From Anaeramoeba ignava BMAN (taxonomy: Eukaryota > Protista > Anaeramoebae): a stretch of 64,000 nucleotides of DNA. The stretch spans positions 401,506-465,505 of the forward strand of contig JAPDFW010000068.1 in NCBI GenBank assembly GCA_028826165.1, read 5' to 3'. Below, in pieces: positions 38,101 to 49,184 of the stretch (position 1 is its first letter; every line of letters starts with the position of its first letter). Under the pieces are notes generated by a model. The model did not search any database. It saw nothing but the letters and a program-made list of their open reading frames with translations, and was not told the DNA's origin. A program made the position numbers and the translations under genes.

Positions 38101-41100
38101 ATAATGAAATTATTGCAGAAAGTAAAAACCAAAATTTATTATTGAAAATCTAAAACCATCAAGAAAATTATTCAATAAGAATAAGAGCTAAAAATTCCAA
38201 AGGGAGAAGCAGAATGGAGTGATGAAATTAAAACTAAGACAAAAACAAAAACCTGAAAAATAGAAGAAATTGAAGTTGAACCTAAATTAAATGAAATTGA
38301 GTTAAAATGGAAAGAACCTAAAAATGAAGGAAGTGAAATTGAAAAATATGAAATTGAAGTAAATAATGAAATTATTGGAGAAAGTGAAAAACCAAAATTT
38401 ATTATTGAAAACATAAAACCATCAGAAAATTATTCAATAAGAATAAGAGCTAAAAATTCCAAAGGAGAAGCAGAATGGAGTGATGAAATTAAAACTAAAA
38501 CAAAAAATAAAGAACCTGAAAAAATTGAAGAAATTGAAGTTGAACCCAAATTAAATGAAATTGAATTAAAATGGAAAGAACCTAAAAATGAAGGAAGTGA
38601 AATTGAAAAATATGAAATTGAAGTAAATAATGAAATTATTGGAGAAAGTGAAAAACCAGAATTTATTATTGAAAATTTAAAACCATCAGAAAATTATTCA
38701 ATAAGAATAAGAGCTAAAAATTCCAAAGGAGAAGCAGAATGGAGTGATGAAATTAAAACCAAAACTGATGATAAAGAACCTGAAAAGATAGAAGAAATTG
38801 AAGTTGAACCCAAATTAAATGAAATTGAATTAAAATGGAAAGAACCTAAAAATGAAGGAAGTGAAATTGAAAAATATGAAATTGAAGTAAACAATGAAAT
38901 TATTGGAGAAAGTGAAAAACCAAAATTTATTATTGAAAATTTAAAACCATCAGAAAATTATTCAATAAGAATAAGAGCTAAAAATTCCAAAGGAGAAGCA
39001 GAATGGAGTGATGAAATTAAAACCAAAACTGATGATAAAGAACCTGAAAAATTGAAGAAATTGAAGTTGAACCCAAATTAAATGAAATTGAATTAAAATG
39101 GAAAGAACCTAAAAATGAAGGAAGTGAAATTGAAAAATATGAAATTGAAGTTAATAATGAAATTATTGGAGAAAGTGAAAAACCAGAATTTATTATTGAA
39201 AATTTAAAACCATCAGAAAATTATTCAATAAGAATAAGAGCTAAAAATTCCAAAGGAGAAGGAGAATGGTCAAATCTAGAAATTGCTAATACAATTGATC
39301 CAAAACCAGAAAAGATATCTAAAATAACTTCAGAACAAGATCAAAATAAAATGAAATTGGGATGGAAAGCAGTAAAAAATGGAGATCTAGAAGGGACTGA
39401 ATACGAAATAGAATTAGTTAATCCTGAAGATGGAAGTACACTTAATTACACAAGTAAAACACCAGAAATAACATTATCCAAACTTTCAACAGAAACCGAA
39501 TATGTTGCAAAAGTTCGAGCAAAGAATGATTTTTCAGAAGGAGAATGGAGTGATCCAATTCCAATCAAAATTGAAAATTCACCACCTGATAAAATCAAAG
39601 GAATTGAATATTCTGATTTATTTCTTACTTGGGATACCCCAAATTCTCGTGGTTGGCCAATTGATAAATATGAGGTTAATGTTGATAATACTCCAACTGT
39701 TATGACTACTGATAATTTTGCTATTTTGGATAAAGTCAATCCAGGAAATCATCAAATTCAAGTTAGAGCAATTTCAAAACAAGGTTCAGGAGAATGGAGT
39801 CGAAGCAAAAGTATATTTTCAATTCAATATTTAATATTTATTTTAATATTTATTTTAATATTTATTTTAATATTTATTTTAATATTTATTTTAATATTTA
39901 TTTTAATATTTATTTTAATATTTATTTATTTTAATATTTATTTTAATATTTAATTTAATATTTATTTTAATATTTAATTTAATATTTATTTTAATATTTA
40001 TTTAAATATTTATTTTAATATTTATTTTAATATTTATTTTAATATTTATTTTAATAATATTTATTTTTAATATTTATTTTAAAATATTTATTTAAATATT
40101 TAATTTAATATTTATTTTAATATTTATTTTAATATTTATTTTAATATTTATTTTAATATTTATTTTAAATATTTATTTTAAATAATTTAAATATTTATTT
40201 TAATATTTATTTTAATATTTATTTTTAATATTTATTTTAATATTTATTTTAATATTTATTTTAATATTAAAATAAATATTTATTTTAAATATTTATTTTA
40301 ATATTTATTTTTAATATTTATTTTAATATTTATTTTAATATTTATTTTAAATATTTATTTTAATATTTATTTTAAATATTTAATTAAATATTTATTTTAA
40401 TATTTATTTTAATATTTATTTTAATATTTATTTTAATATTTATTTTAATATTTATTTTAATATTTATTTTAAATATTTAATTTAAATATTTATTTTAAAT
40501 ATTTAATTTAAATATTTATTTTAAATATTTATTTTAAATATTTAAATTCATTCAAAAAATAGAAATTCATATTCCAAATAAGAATTCTCCTGAATATGCA
40601 AAAGGTTTCTCAAAATTAATGATGCATACAATTCAAAGAATTTTCCAAAAATATGGAGTTGATGTTCCAGTTAAAGAAATTAGTACAAATCCACAAACAT
40701 TAGAATCAGTTTTTGAGATTGATGGGAAGAAAATGCAAATGAAATTACTTGAAGGTAATTGAAAAAATTGATTTAAAAAATTGATTTAAAAAATTGATTG
40801 AAAAAATTGATTGAAAAAATTGATTGAAAAAATTGATTTGAAAAAATTTATTAGGATTTATATTGAATAGAGTTGGTGGTGGATATATGAAATTTGATGA
40901 ATTTGTTCGTAGACATCTTAAACCAGGTGTTCAAGTTGTTAAGAAAGATGGAATGGGAGCAGCATTTTTAACAAGTGGAGGAGTGAAAACAAAAAATTTA
41001 TCAACAGATCAAAAAGAATCAGGAAAAAAGAAAGTTTCAAAAGTTGTAAAACAACCAAAAAAACTTAAATCAATAAAATCAACAGTTGAAAAATCAACAC

Positions 41101-42008
41101 CATCAAAAAATCAACCAAAAAAACCAGTTAAATCAACAACAATATCAGTTATGAAAGGAACACCAATAAAATCAAATACAAAATCAAATACAAAATCAAA
41201 TACAAAATCAAATACAAAATTGAAAACTACAAAATCAACTACAAAATCACCAACAAAATTGAAAACTATAAAATCAAATACAAAATTAACAACAAAATCA
41301 CCAACAAAATCAAATACAAAATCACCAACAAAATTGAAAACCACAAAATCAAATACAAAAACTCCAATAAAAACAACCAAATCAACAAATTTACCAATAA
41401 AAGTTAAATCAACAACAAAATCACCAACAAAAACACCAATAAAAAAAATAATTAAAAAAACAAAATCACCAAAAAAAGATTTAAAAGAGGAATTAGTAAT
41501 TTCTTCAACAGATTCCGAAAAAGAAGAACCAAAATTAAAATCTAAATCTAAATCTAAATCTAAATCAGAATCAGAAACAAAATCAAAATCAAAATCAAAA
41601 TCAAAATCAAAATCAAAATCAAAATCAAAATCAAAATCAAAATCAAAATCAAAATCAAAATCAAAATCAAATTCAAAATCAGATGATGAAATAAAAGATT
41701 CAAATGATGAAATAAAAGATTCAAATGATGAAATAAAAGATTCAAATGAGCAAATAAAAGATTCAAATCAAAAACCAAAAATTATAAAAAGAACTCCTTC
41801 AAAATTAACTAAAAAAGTTATTGTTCCTTCTAAATTAAAAAAAACTAAACAACCTTCAACTGATGAAAAACCAAAAGTTTCAAGAACTCAAAAAAGAGCA
41901 GTTTCTCAAAATCAACCAAAAACAGTTTCTCAACCAAAAATATTATCTGAAAAACCAAAACAAATTCAAAAAATTATCAGAAAGAAAATTATTACCAAAA
42001 AAAAATAA
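29198..42008 (+). CDS. Giant cytolinker-like protein: tandem CH actin-binding domain, ~26 FN3 domains, GAS2/GAR-like domain, basic Ser/Thr/Lys tail
   Basis: Exons starting at 29198, 31663 and 32290 give WIQTQIR|VFTRWCNLHL...DFASGVILINLMEIL...KLENC...IILGLIWILIRRYQI (CH1) and MLEWI...LNDGIALCCLV...IPKLLEPKDL...SVLTYLSYF (CH2). FN3 array 32962-39810; then FILNRVGGGYMKFDEFVRRH (GAR-like). Several homopolymer frameshifts in the array. Confidence 0.85.
29375..31635. repeat. Intronic ~12-bp repeat (AATTATAAATAA / AATTATAAATTA)
   Basis: Fills intron 29276-31662. Confidence 0.95.
31925..32285. repeat. Intronic (AAAATC/AAAATT)n
   Basis: Intron 31916-32289. Confidence 0.9.
32962..39270 (+). repeat. 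Coding tandem array of ~24 near-identical 264-bp (88-aa) FN3 units
   Basis: Unit PEKIEEIEVEPKLNEIELKWKEPKNEGSEIEKYEIEVNNEIIGESEKPKFIIENLKPSENYSIRIRAKNSKGEAEWSDEIKTKT; the GAATGG anchor recurs every 264 bp. Confidence 0.97.
39830..40545. repeat. Intronic (TTTTAATATTTA)n
   Basis: Directly visible. Confidence 0.95.
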
Positions 42009-42389
42009 TTCAAGAAGAAGAAAAAAACAACAAAAAACACAAATTCTTTTTTTTAGTGAAATTTTTGTTTGTTTTTTTTTTGTTCCAAAAAACAATTTAT
42101 TTCTTTTTCAATTTTAAACAAAAAAAAAATGGAACAAAAAAAAAAAAAAATTTTTTTTTCTTTCTTTTTCTTTCTTCAAATTTTTTTTCCTTTTTTTTTT
42201 AAAATAAAAAATAACAAAAAATAAATTCTTCTTTCTTTTTTTTTTAATCCAATTTTGATTTCATTTCGAATTTGAAAAAGAAAAGTTGAAAAAAATAAAA
42301 ACAAAAAAAGCAAAAAAAAAAAAATTTCAATCAATCAATCAATTAAAAAAAAAGGTGAAAAATTTCAAAATAAAAATATAAAAGAAAAA

Positions 42390-43729
42390 TTATAAAGCAG
42401 ATAAACGATCATGTAAAGCATCTTCTTCTTCTTTTTGTTTTTTACGTTTTTCAACTTCTTGTTCTTCCAATTGCTAAAAAATTAAAATTAATTAAAAAAT
42501 AAAAATAAAAATAAAAATTTCTTTTTGGATTAACAAATTTTAAAGAGAAAAAAATACTTTTTTTTCTAAATTAGACAATCCTTTTGTTGAATCGGAAGAT
42601 TTAAGAGTTCCCTGAGTGAGCTGAACCATAACTTTGTCAACCTCATCATCAGCTTCATCTGAGATTTCATCTCCATCTAAAGTTTCGAAAGTATCTTCAA
42701 CCATTTCTTCAAGTGCTCCAGCCTTATAAAAAAGAAATAGAATAAAAGAAAGAAAGAGAAAATTAATCAACAAAACAAAACGGATGAAAATGATAAATTT
42801 TTTTTGTTGATTACTTTTGTCATTTCCCGTGATAATACCATCATTGTTTGTGAAATTTCTGGAATTCTCACAAGTGAATTCATGTATTGCATAACTTTTG
42901 CAGAATTTCTTAATGCTCCCATAATATTCTGAGTTGCAACGTTTGTTTGCATAGTCATTATTAAGCTGTTTATCTCTGTCTTTGCTGTGTATAACTATTA
43001 TGAATTTTAATTTTAATTTTATAAATGAATTTTAATTTTATTTTTAATTTTATAAATGAATTTTAATTTTAATTTTTATTTTAATTTTATAAATGAATTT
43101 TAAATTTAATTTTAATTTTAATTTTAATTTTAATTTTAATTTTAATTTTAATTTTAATTTTATAAATGAATTTTAATTTTAATTTAAATTTTTATTTTAA
43201 TTTTATAAATGAATTTTAATTTTTAATTTTAATTTTTATTTTTAATTTTATAAATGAATTTTAATTTTAATTTTAATTTTTAATTTTAATTTTAATTTTA
43301 ATTTTAATTTTAATTTTAATTTTGATTTTAATTTTAATATGAATTTTAATTTTATTTTTAATTTTATAAATGAATTTTAATTTTAATTTAAATATTAATT
43401 TTAATTTTAATTTCAATATTAATTTTAATTTTAATTTTAATTTTATAAATGAATTTTAATTTTATAAATGAATTTTAATTTTAATAAAATAAAATAAAAC
43501 AAACTCTATCTTTTGCTTTTCTAGATCTCACAATTTCTGTAGCAAGAATTTTTGCACTAACATTATCACCTCTTTTTGCAGCAGCTTTTGCTTCATTCTT
43601 AATTTTTAATTCTTCTCTATCAATATGAGTAATTTGTCTTTGAAGTTGTCTTTGTTGTTTTCTTAATTCTTGTCTCCATACTTTAACTTGTTCTTTTGGT
43701 GGTAATTGTTTTTTACCAAATAATCCCAT
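42390..43729 (-). CDS. VPS24: ESCRT-III subunit VPS24/CHMP3 (4 exons)
   Basis: MGLFGKKQLPPKEQVKVWRQELRKQQRQLQRQI...AKILATEIVRSRKAKDR; MNSLVRIPEISQTMMVLSREMTK|AGALEEMVEDTFE; C-terminal MIM-like LHDRLSAL*. Confidence 0.93.
43000..43485. repeat. Intronic (TTTTAA)n with interspersed TTTTATAAATGAA units
   Basis: Same core as the eIF2-alpha intron minisatellite. Confidence 0.9.
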
Positions 43730-43844
43730 AATAAAAAAATAATAAAAAAAAAGAGAAAAAAATGATTTTTGTTTTTTTTCCTTTTTTTTATTTTATTTTT
43801 TTATCAAGTTTAGTCAATAATTTATAATAATTACTCATTTATTT

Positions 43845-44710
43845 TTTTAATAAATTTATTTCTTTTTTTTAAAATTATAATTATTTATTATAATATTATA
43901 AAATTAAATTAAATAATATTTATATAAAAAATATAATAAAATTATTAATTAAAATTAATATAAAAAAATGAAATAAATTTATCTAATTCTAAAATTATTT
44001 TAATAAATTTATTTCTTTTTTTTTAAATTATAATTATTTATTATATTATTATAGAATTAAATTAAATAATATTTATATAAAAATATAATAATATTATTAA
44101 TTAAAATTAATATCAAAAATGAAATAAATTTATCTAATTCTAAAATTATTTTAATAAATTTATTTCTTTTTAAATTATAATTATTTATTATAATATTATA
44201 GAATTAAATTAAATAATATTTATATAAAAAGTGGAATGATATTATTAATTAAAATTAATATAAAAATGAAATAAATTTATCTAATTCTAAAATTATTTTA
44301 ATAAATTTATTTCTTTTTAAATTATAATTATTTATTATAATATTATAGAATTAAATTAAATAATATTTATATAAAAAGTGGAATGATATTATTAATTAAA
44401 ATTAATATAAAAATGAAATAAATTTATCTAATTCTAAAAATTATTTTAATAAATTTATTTCTTTTTTTTTAAATTATAATTATTTATTATATTATTATAA
44501 AATTAAATTAAATAATATTTATATAAAAAGTGGAATGATATTATTAATTAAATTAATAATAAAAAATGAAATAAATTTATCTAATTCTAAAATTATTTTA
44601 ATAAATTTATTTCTTTTTTTTTAAATTATAATTATTTATTATAATATTATAAAATTAAATTAAATAATATTTATATAAAAAGTGGAATAATATTATTAAT
44701 TAAATTAATA
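43845..44710. repeat. Intergenic tandem repeat, ~148-153-bp unit, ~5.5-6 copies, between divergent VPS24 and TOM40
   Basis: Anchor CTAATTCTAA recurs at about 43983, 44133, 44281, 44428 and 44581. Confidence 0.9.
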
Positions 44711-44774
44711 ATAAAAAATTTTTTTTTTCATTTTTTTTTTTCATTTTTTTCATTTTATTTAATAGAAAAACAAA

Positions 44775-47304
44775 ATGGGGAATCAAGTTAAAAAAACAAA
44801 AGAAAGTAGAAGTCAAGAAACAAAAGTTGAAATCCCATTAGAAAACACATTTAAATTAACAAATCCAGGAAAATTTGAACAATTTTGTAAAGAATCAACT
44901 CAAATTCTTAATGTTGAAACTTTTGATGGTTTTAGACTTGAAGTTAATCAACAAATGAATCAATCTTTTGGTTTAACTCATGCTTTATCAATGGGTTCTT
45001 TACGTGAAGAACCTTCTTATACTTTTGGTGCTAATTATGTTCAAGAAAAAGTTTGTTATTTTTATATTTTAATAAAATTAAAATCAAAATTAAAATTAAA
45101 TTTAAAATTAAATTTAAAATTAAAATTAAAATTAAAATTCATTTATAAAATTAAAATTTAAATTAAAATTAAAATTAAAATTAAATTTAAAATTAAAATT
45201 AAAATTAAAATTAAAATTAAAATTAAAATTAAAAATCCAAAATTAAAATTAAAATTAAAATTAAAATTAAAATTAAAAATTAAAATTAAAATTAAAATTA
45301 AAATTAAAATTAAAATTAAAATTAAATTAAAATTTAAATTAAAATTAAAATTAAAATTAAAATTAAATTTAAAAATCAAAAATTAAAATTAAAATTTATT
45401 TTGAAAATGAAAATTAAAATTAAAATTAAAATTAAAATTAAAATTTAAATTAAAATTAAATTTAAAAATTAATATCTAAAATTGAAATTAAAATTCATTT
45501 TATAAAATTAAAATTAAAATTAAAATTAAAATTAAAATTAATATTAAAATTAAAATTAAAATTAAAATTAAAATTAAAATTAAAATTAAAATTTAATATT
45601 AAAATTAAAATTAAAATTAAAATTAAAATTAAATTTAAAATTAATATTAAAATTAAAATTAAAACTAAAATTAAATTTAAATTAAAATTAAAATTAAAAT
45701 TAAAATTAAAATTAATATTCAAAATTAAAAATCAAAATTAAAATTAAAATTTAAAAAGTATGCTTTAATTGGAAACAGAAAAAATGATGGAACATATGCA
45801 AGATATATACAACAATTTGGAAGGAAATTTCTAACAACATTATACACACAAATATCAGGAAAAAAACAAGAAGATTCACAAGATACATTTGGAGCAGATT
45901 TAGAATATTATGGAGAAAATTTCACGATTCAATCGAAATTGAAATCAAACAAAGTATTTGGATTATCTTATCTTCAAGCAATGACACCTCGTTTAAATCT
46001 TGGAATGGAATTTATTTATTATCACAATATGAAAACTTCATCTATTATTTTTGCAAGTCGTTATTTTACCCATAATTTTATTTTTACTTCTAGTTTTTCT
46101 ACTTTTCCTGTTAAACATTTTTCTCTTCATTATGTCCAAAAAATTACTCCTAGAGTCGGTTTGGCTGCTGAGTTTATTTATAATATTGAAAATGGTTTAA
46201 GTGCTATGAGTGCTGGCTATCTATATTCTTTACGTCAGGTTTGTTTTTAATTCTTTTAACAAAAATTAATCAACAAAGTTTTTTATTCACAACAAAAAAT
46301 ACAAAACAAAATTTACTTTAAAATTTACTTTAAAATTTACTTTTAAATTTACTTTTAAATTTACTTTTAAATTTACTTTTAAATTTACTTCAAAAATTTA
46401 CTTTTAAATCTATTTCAAAATTTATTTTAAAATTTACTTCAAAATTTATTTTAAAATTTACTTTTAAATTTACTTTTAAATTTACTTTTAAATTTACTTT
46501 TAAATTTATTTCAAAATTTACTTTTAAATTTACTTTTAAATTTACTTTTAAATTTACTTTTAAATTTATTTCAAAAATTTACTTTTAAATTTACTTTTAA
46601 ATTTACTTTTAAATTTACTTTTAAATTTACTTTTAAATTTACTTTTAAATTTACTTTTAAATTTACTTTTAAATTTACTTTTAAATTTACTTTTAAATTT
46701 ACTTTTAAATTTACTTTTAAATTTACTTTTAAATTTACTTTTAAATTTACTTTAAATTTACTTTTAAATTTACTTTTAAATTTACTTTTAAATTTACTTT
46801 TAAATTTACTTTTTAAATTTACTTTTAAATTTACTTCAAAATTTACTTTTAAATTTATTTCAAAATTTACTTTAAAATTTACTTTTAAATTTACTTTTAA
46901 ATTTACTTTTAAATTTACTTTTAAATTTACTTTAAAATTTATTTCAAATTTACTTTTAAATTTATTTCAAAATTTATTTCAAAATTTATTTCAAAATTTA
47001 TTTTTAAATTTACTTTTAAATTTACTTCTAAATTTATTTCAAAATTTATTTCAAAATTTACTTTAAAATTTATTCAAAAATTATTGAAAAAATTATTGAA
47101 AAAATTATTGAAAAATTGATTTTTAAAATTTATTGAAAAATTTAGATAAAAGTTGGTGGTCAAATTACATCAAATGGAAAAATTTCAACACTTGTTGAAC
47201 AAATGCTTCATCCACTCATCTCTTTTAAATTAAGTGCTGAAATTGATTATATTTCTAATACTTATCTTTTTGGTTATGGTTTAAGAGTTGGTCCTGGAGC
47301 TTAA
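44775..47304 (+). CDS. TOM40: Mitochondrial/MRO outer-membrane import channel Tom40 (3 exons: 44775-45050, ~45759-46238, ~47146-47304)
   Basis: LTNPGKFEQFCKE..ETFDGFRLEVNQQMNQSFGLTHALSMG..SYTFGANY; LSYLQAMTPRLNLGMEFIY; YVQKITPRVGLAAEF; GQITSNGKISTLVEQ..LSAEIDY..FGYGLRVG (beta-signal-like end). Confidence 0.92.
45075..45755. repeat. Intronic (AAAATT)n
   Basis: TOM40 intron 1. Confidence 0.9.
46310..47075. repeat. Intronic (TTTACTTTTAAA)n
   Basis: TOM40 intron 2. Confidence 0.95.
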
Positions 47305-47497
47305 TTTTATTCAATTTTAGTTTAATAATAATAATCAAAAATAAATTAAATTAAATTAAAAATAATAATTTATTAAGATTAAAATTTAAAAAATGGCAAA
47401 ATAAAAAAGAGGATTTTAAATTAAAAGTTCTCAATTTAAAAAAATTTTTTTTTCGAATTTTTTTTTTAATTTTTATTTTTTTCTTTAAATAAAAAAA

Positions 47498-48934
47498 ATG
47501 GAATCATTTGGAGGAGCAATTGATATAACAAATTTCCGTTCAAATCTTTCATATTCATATTTACCACCTAAATCTTCAATTACATTTAATGGATTAATAA
47601 ATGAATATTATTTTCCAATAAGTGGAAAATCAAGTGAAAACATTTTAACAATATCAACAAAATGCGCAATTACAAAGAACCCTCAAAAGTCAAACGAGAA
47701 AGAATATTATGCAGCAGTGCTAGTAACATCCAAGTACGATGGAGAAGGAATCAAAACACTTGGAAGACCCAAATTGAATATTGTGATTGTACTTGATATT
47801 TCTGGATCAATGGGATCTTCATTTATTCAATCAGACGAAAGACGATCCAAAAATGATCAAGAAAACGAACTTGAACGTTCGCTTGACAAACTGGAAATTG
47901 CAAAACGCGCTTTGAAAGGATTAACTGCTCAGTTGAAGCCTGATGATCATTTTGGAATGATTGTTTTTGATAACGAAACTGATTTGATCCAAAAATCTCA
48001 AGAATGGAAATCAATCAATAAAAAAAAGTTGTATCAAAAAATTGACAAGTTGAAACCAAGAGGAGGAACCGATATGTCGCTGGGATTCAGAGAGGGAGTT
48101 GCTCTTATTCAAGACAATCTGAAGCAAATGAAGACGAAAAAAGATCTTTTCCAAAACCGAGTGATTTTCTTGACCGATGCGCATCCAAACACAGGAGAGT
48201 TTTCATCCACAGGTTTACTAGGTTTATCCAAAAAATACTCTCAACAAGACATCTATATCACACTTGTTGGAATTGGAGTAGATTTCAATACTGAGCTTTG
48301 CAACGCAATCACAAAAACAAAAGGAGCTAATTATTTGAGTGTCAATTCTGCGTCTGAATTCCGAAGGAAAATGGAGAAGGAATTTGATTTTATTGTTACT
48401 CCCATTGCATTTGATTTGAAAATCAAAACCGAAGGTGTACAAATACTGAATGTTTATGGTTCTCCTGATCATGAAGATACTCTTATCAAATCTGAAGACA
48501 ATCTTATTGATATCTCGACTGTCATGCCTGGGGATAGAAATGAAAAAAACGAAACTGAAGGTGGTGTGATTATTCTCAAACTCGCAAGTTCGGTTTCTGA
48601 TGGAATTCCTTTTAAACTTATTACTTCTTATAAAGACACAAAGGGTCAAGAATTTGTTGATTCTCAAACAATCAATTTTTTGGATATTTTGGAAAAGAAT
48701 GATGAAAATGACCATTTCCAAGATTTAATGGCAAGAAAAGGAATTCTTTTAATCCGTTATGTTTCCTTTGTTCATCAAATTTTAGATAAAGAAACAGTTG
48801 ATGAAGAATCAAAAACAAAAATTCGTCAATTTAAAGAATATTTTTTGAAAGAAATGAAAGAAATTGGAGATGAAAGTTTAGATCGAGAAATTGTTATGTT
48901 GGATAAATTTCTTAAATTTGGAGATGAAAATTAA
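47498..48934 (+). CDS. vWA-domain protein (YfbK-like), intronless
   Basis: RPKLNIVIVLDISGSMG (MIDAS DxSxS), LKPRGGTDMSLG, RVIFLTDAHPN, VGIGVDFN. Confidence 0.85.
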   Translation: MESFGGAIDITNFRSNLSYSYLPPKSSITFNGLINEYYFPISGKSSENILTISTKCAITKNPQKSNEKEYYAAVLVTSKYDGEGIKTLGRPKLNIVIVLDISGSMGSSFIQSDERRSKNDQENELERSLDKLEIAKRALKGLTAQLKPDDHFGMIVFDNETDLIQKSQEWKSINKKKLYQKIDKLKPRGGTDMSLGFREGVALIQDNLKQMKTKKDLFQNRVIFLTDAHPNTGEFSSTGLLGLSKKYSQQDIYITLVGIGVDFNTELCNAITKTKGANYLSVNSASEFRRKMEKEFDFIVTPIAFDLKIKTEGVQILNVYGSPDHEDTLIKSEDNLIDISTVMPGDRNEKNETEGGVIILKLASSVSDGIPFKLITSYKDTKGQEFVDSQTINFLDILEKNDENDHFQDLMARKGILLIRYVSFVHQILDKETVDEESKTKIRQFKEYFLKEMKEIGDESLDREIVMLDKFLKFGDEN

Positions 48935-49184
48935 TTTTAATTTTTTAAATTTTAATTTTTAAATTCCAATTTCGAAATCCAAAAAAATAAAATTTAATTG
49001 AAATTGAAATTGAAATTGAAATTGTATTTTTTAGTTTTTTTTTAAAAAAAAAGAAAGAAAAGAAAATGTTTTGTTGTTTTAAAAAATTGAAGAGGAAAAA
49101 AAATAGGATCATATTAAAAAAGAAAGAAGGAAAAATCAATTCAAGTCATTTAATGTAATGTAAATGTAAATTTAATGTAAAAAT

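Noticed and set aside
33417-38894. Repeated 82-aa antisense ORFs (MFSIIN...)
   Set aside because: Antisense shadow of the 264-bp FN3 coding repeat.
36900-39060. Frameshifts suggesting a pseudogene or programmed frameshifting (also in the RGS gene, BTB paralog 2, the intronless ankyrin gene and XPO5)
   Set aside because: Nearly all lie in A/T homopolymer runs, and they also affect conserved genes such as XPO5. Long-read consensus error is the simplest explanation; read-level data are needed.
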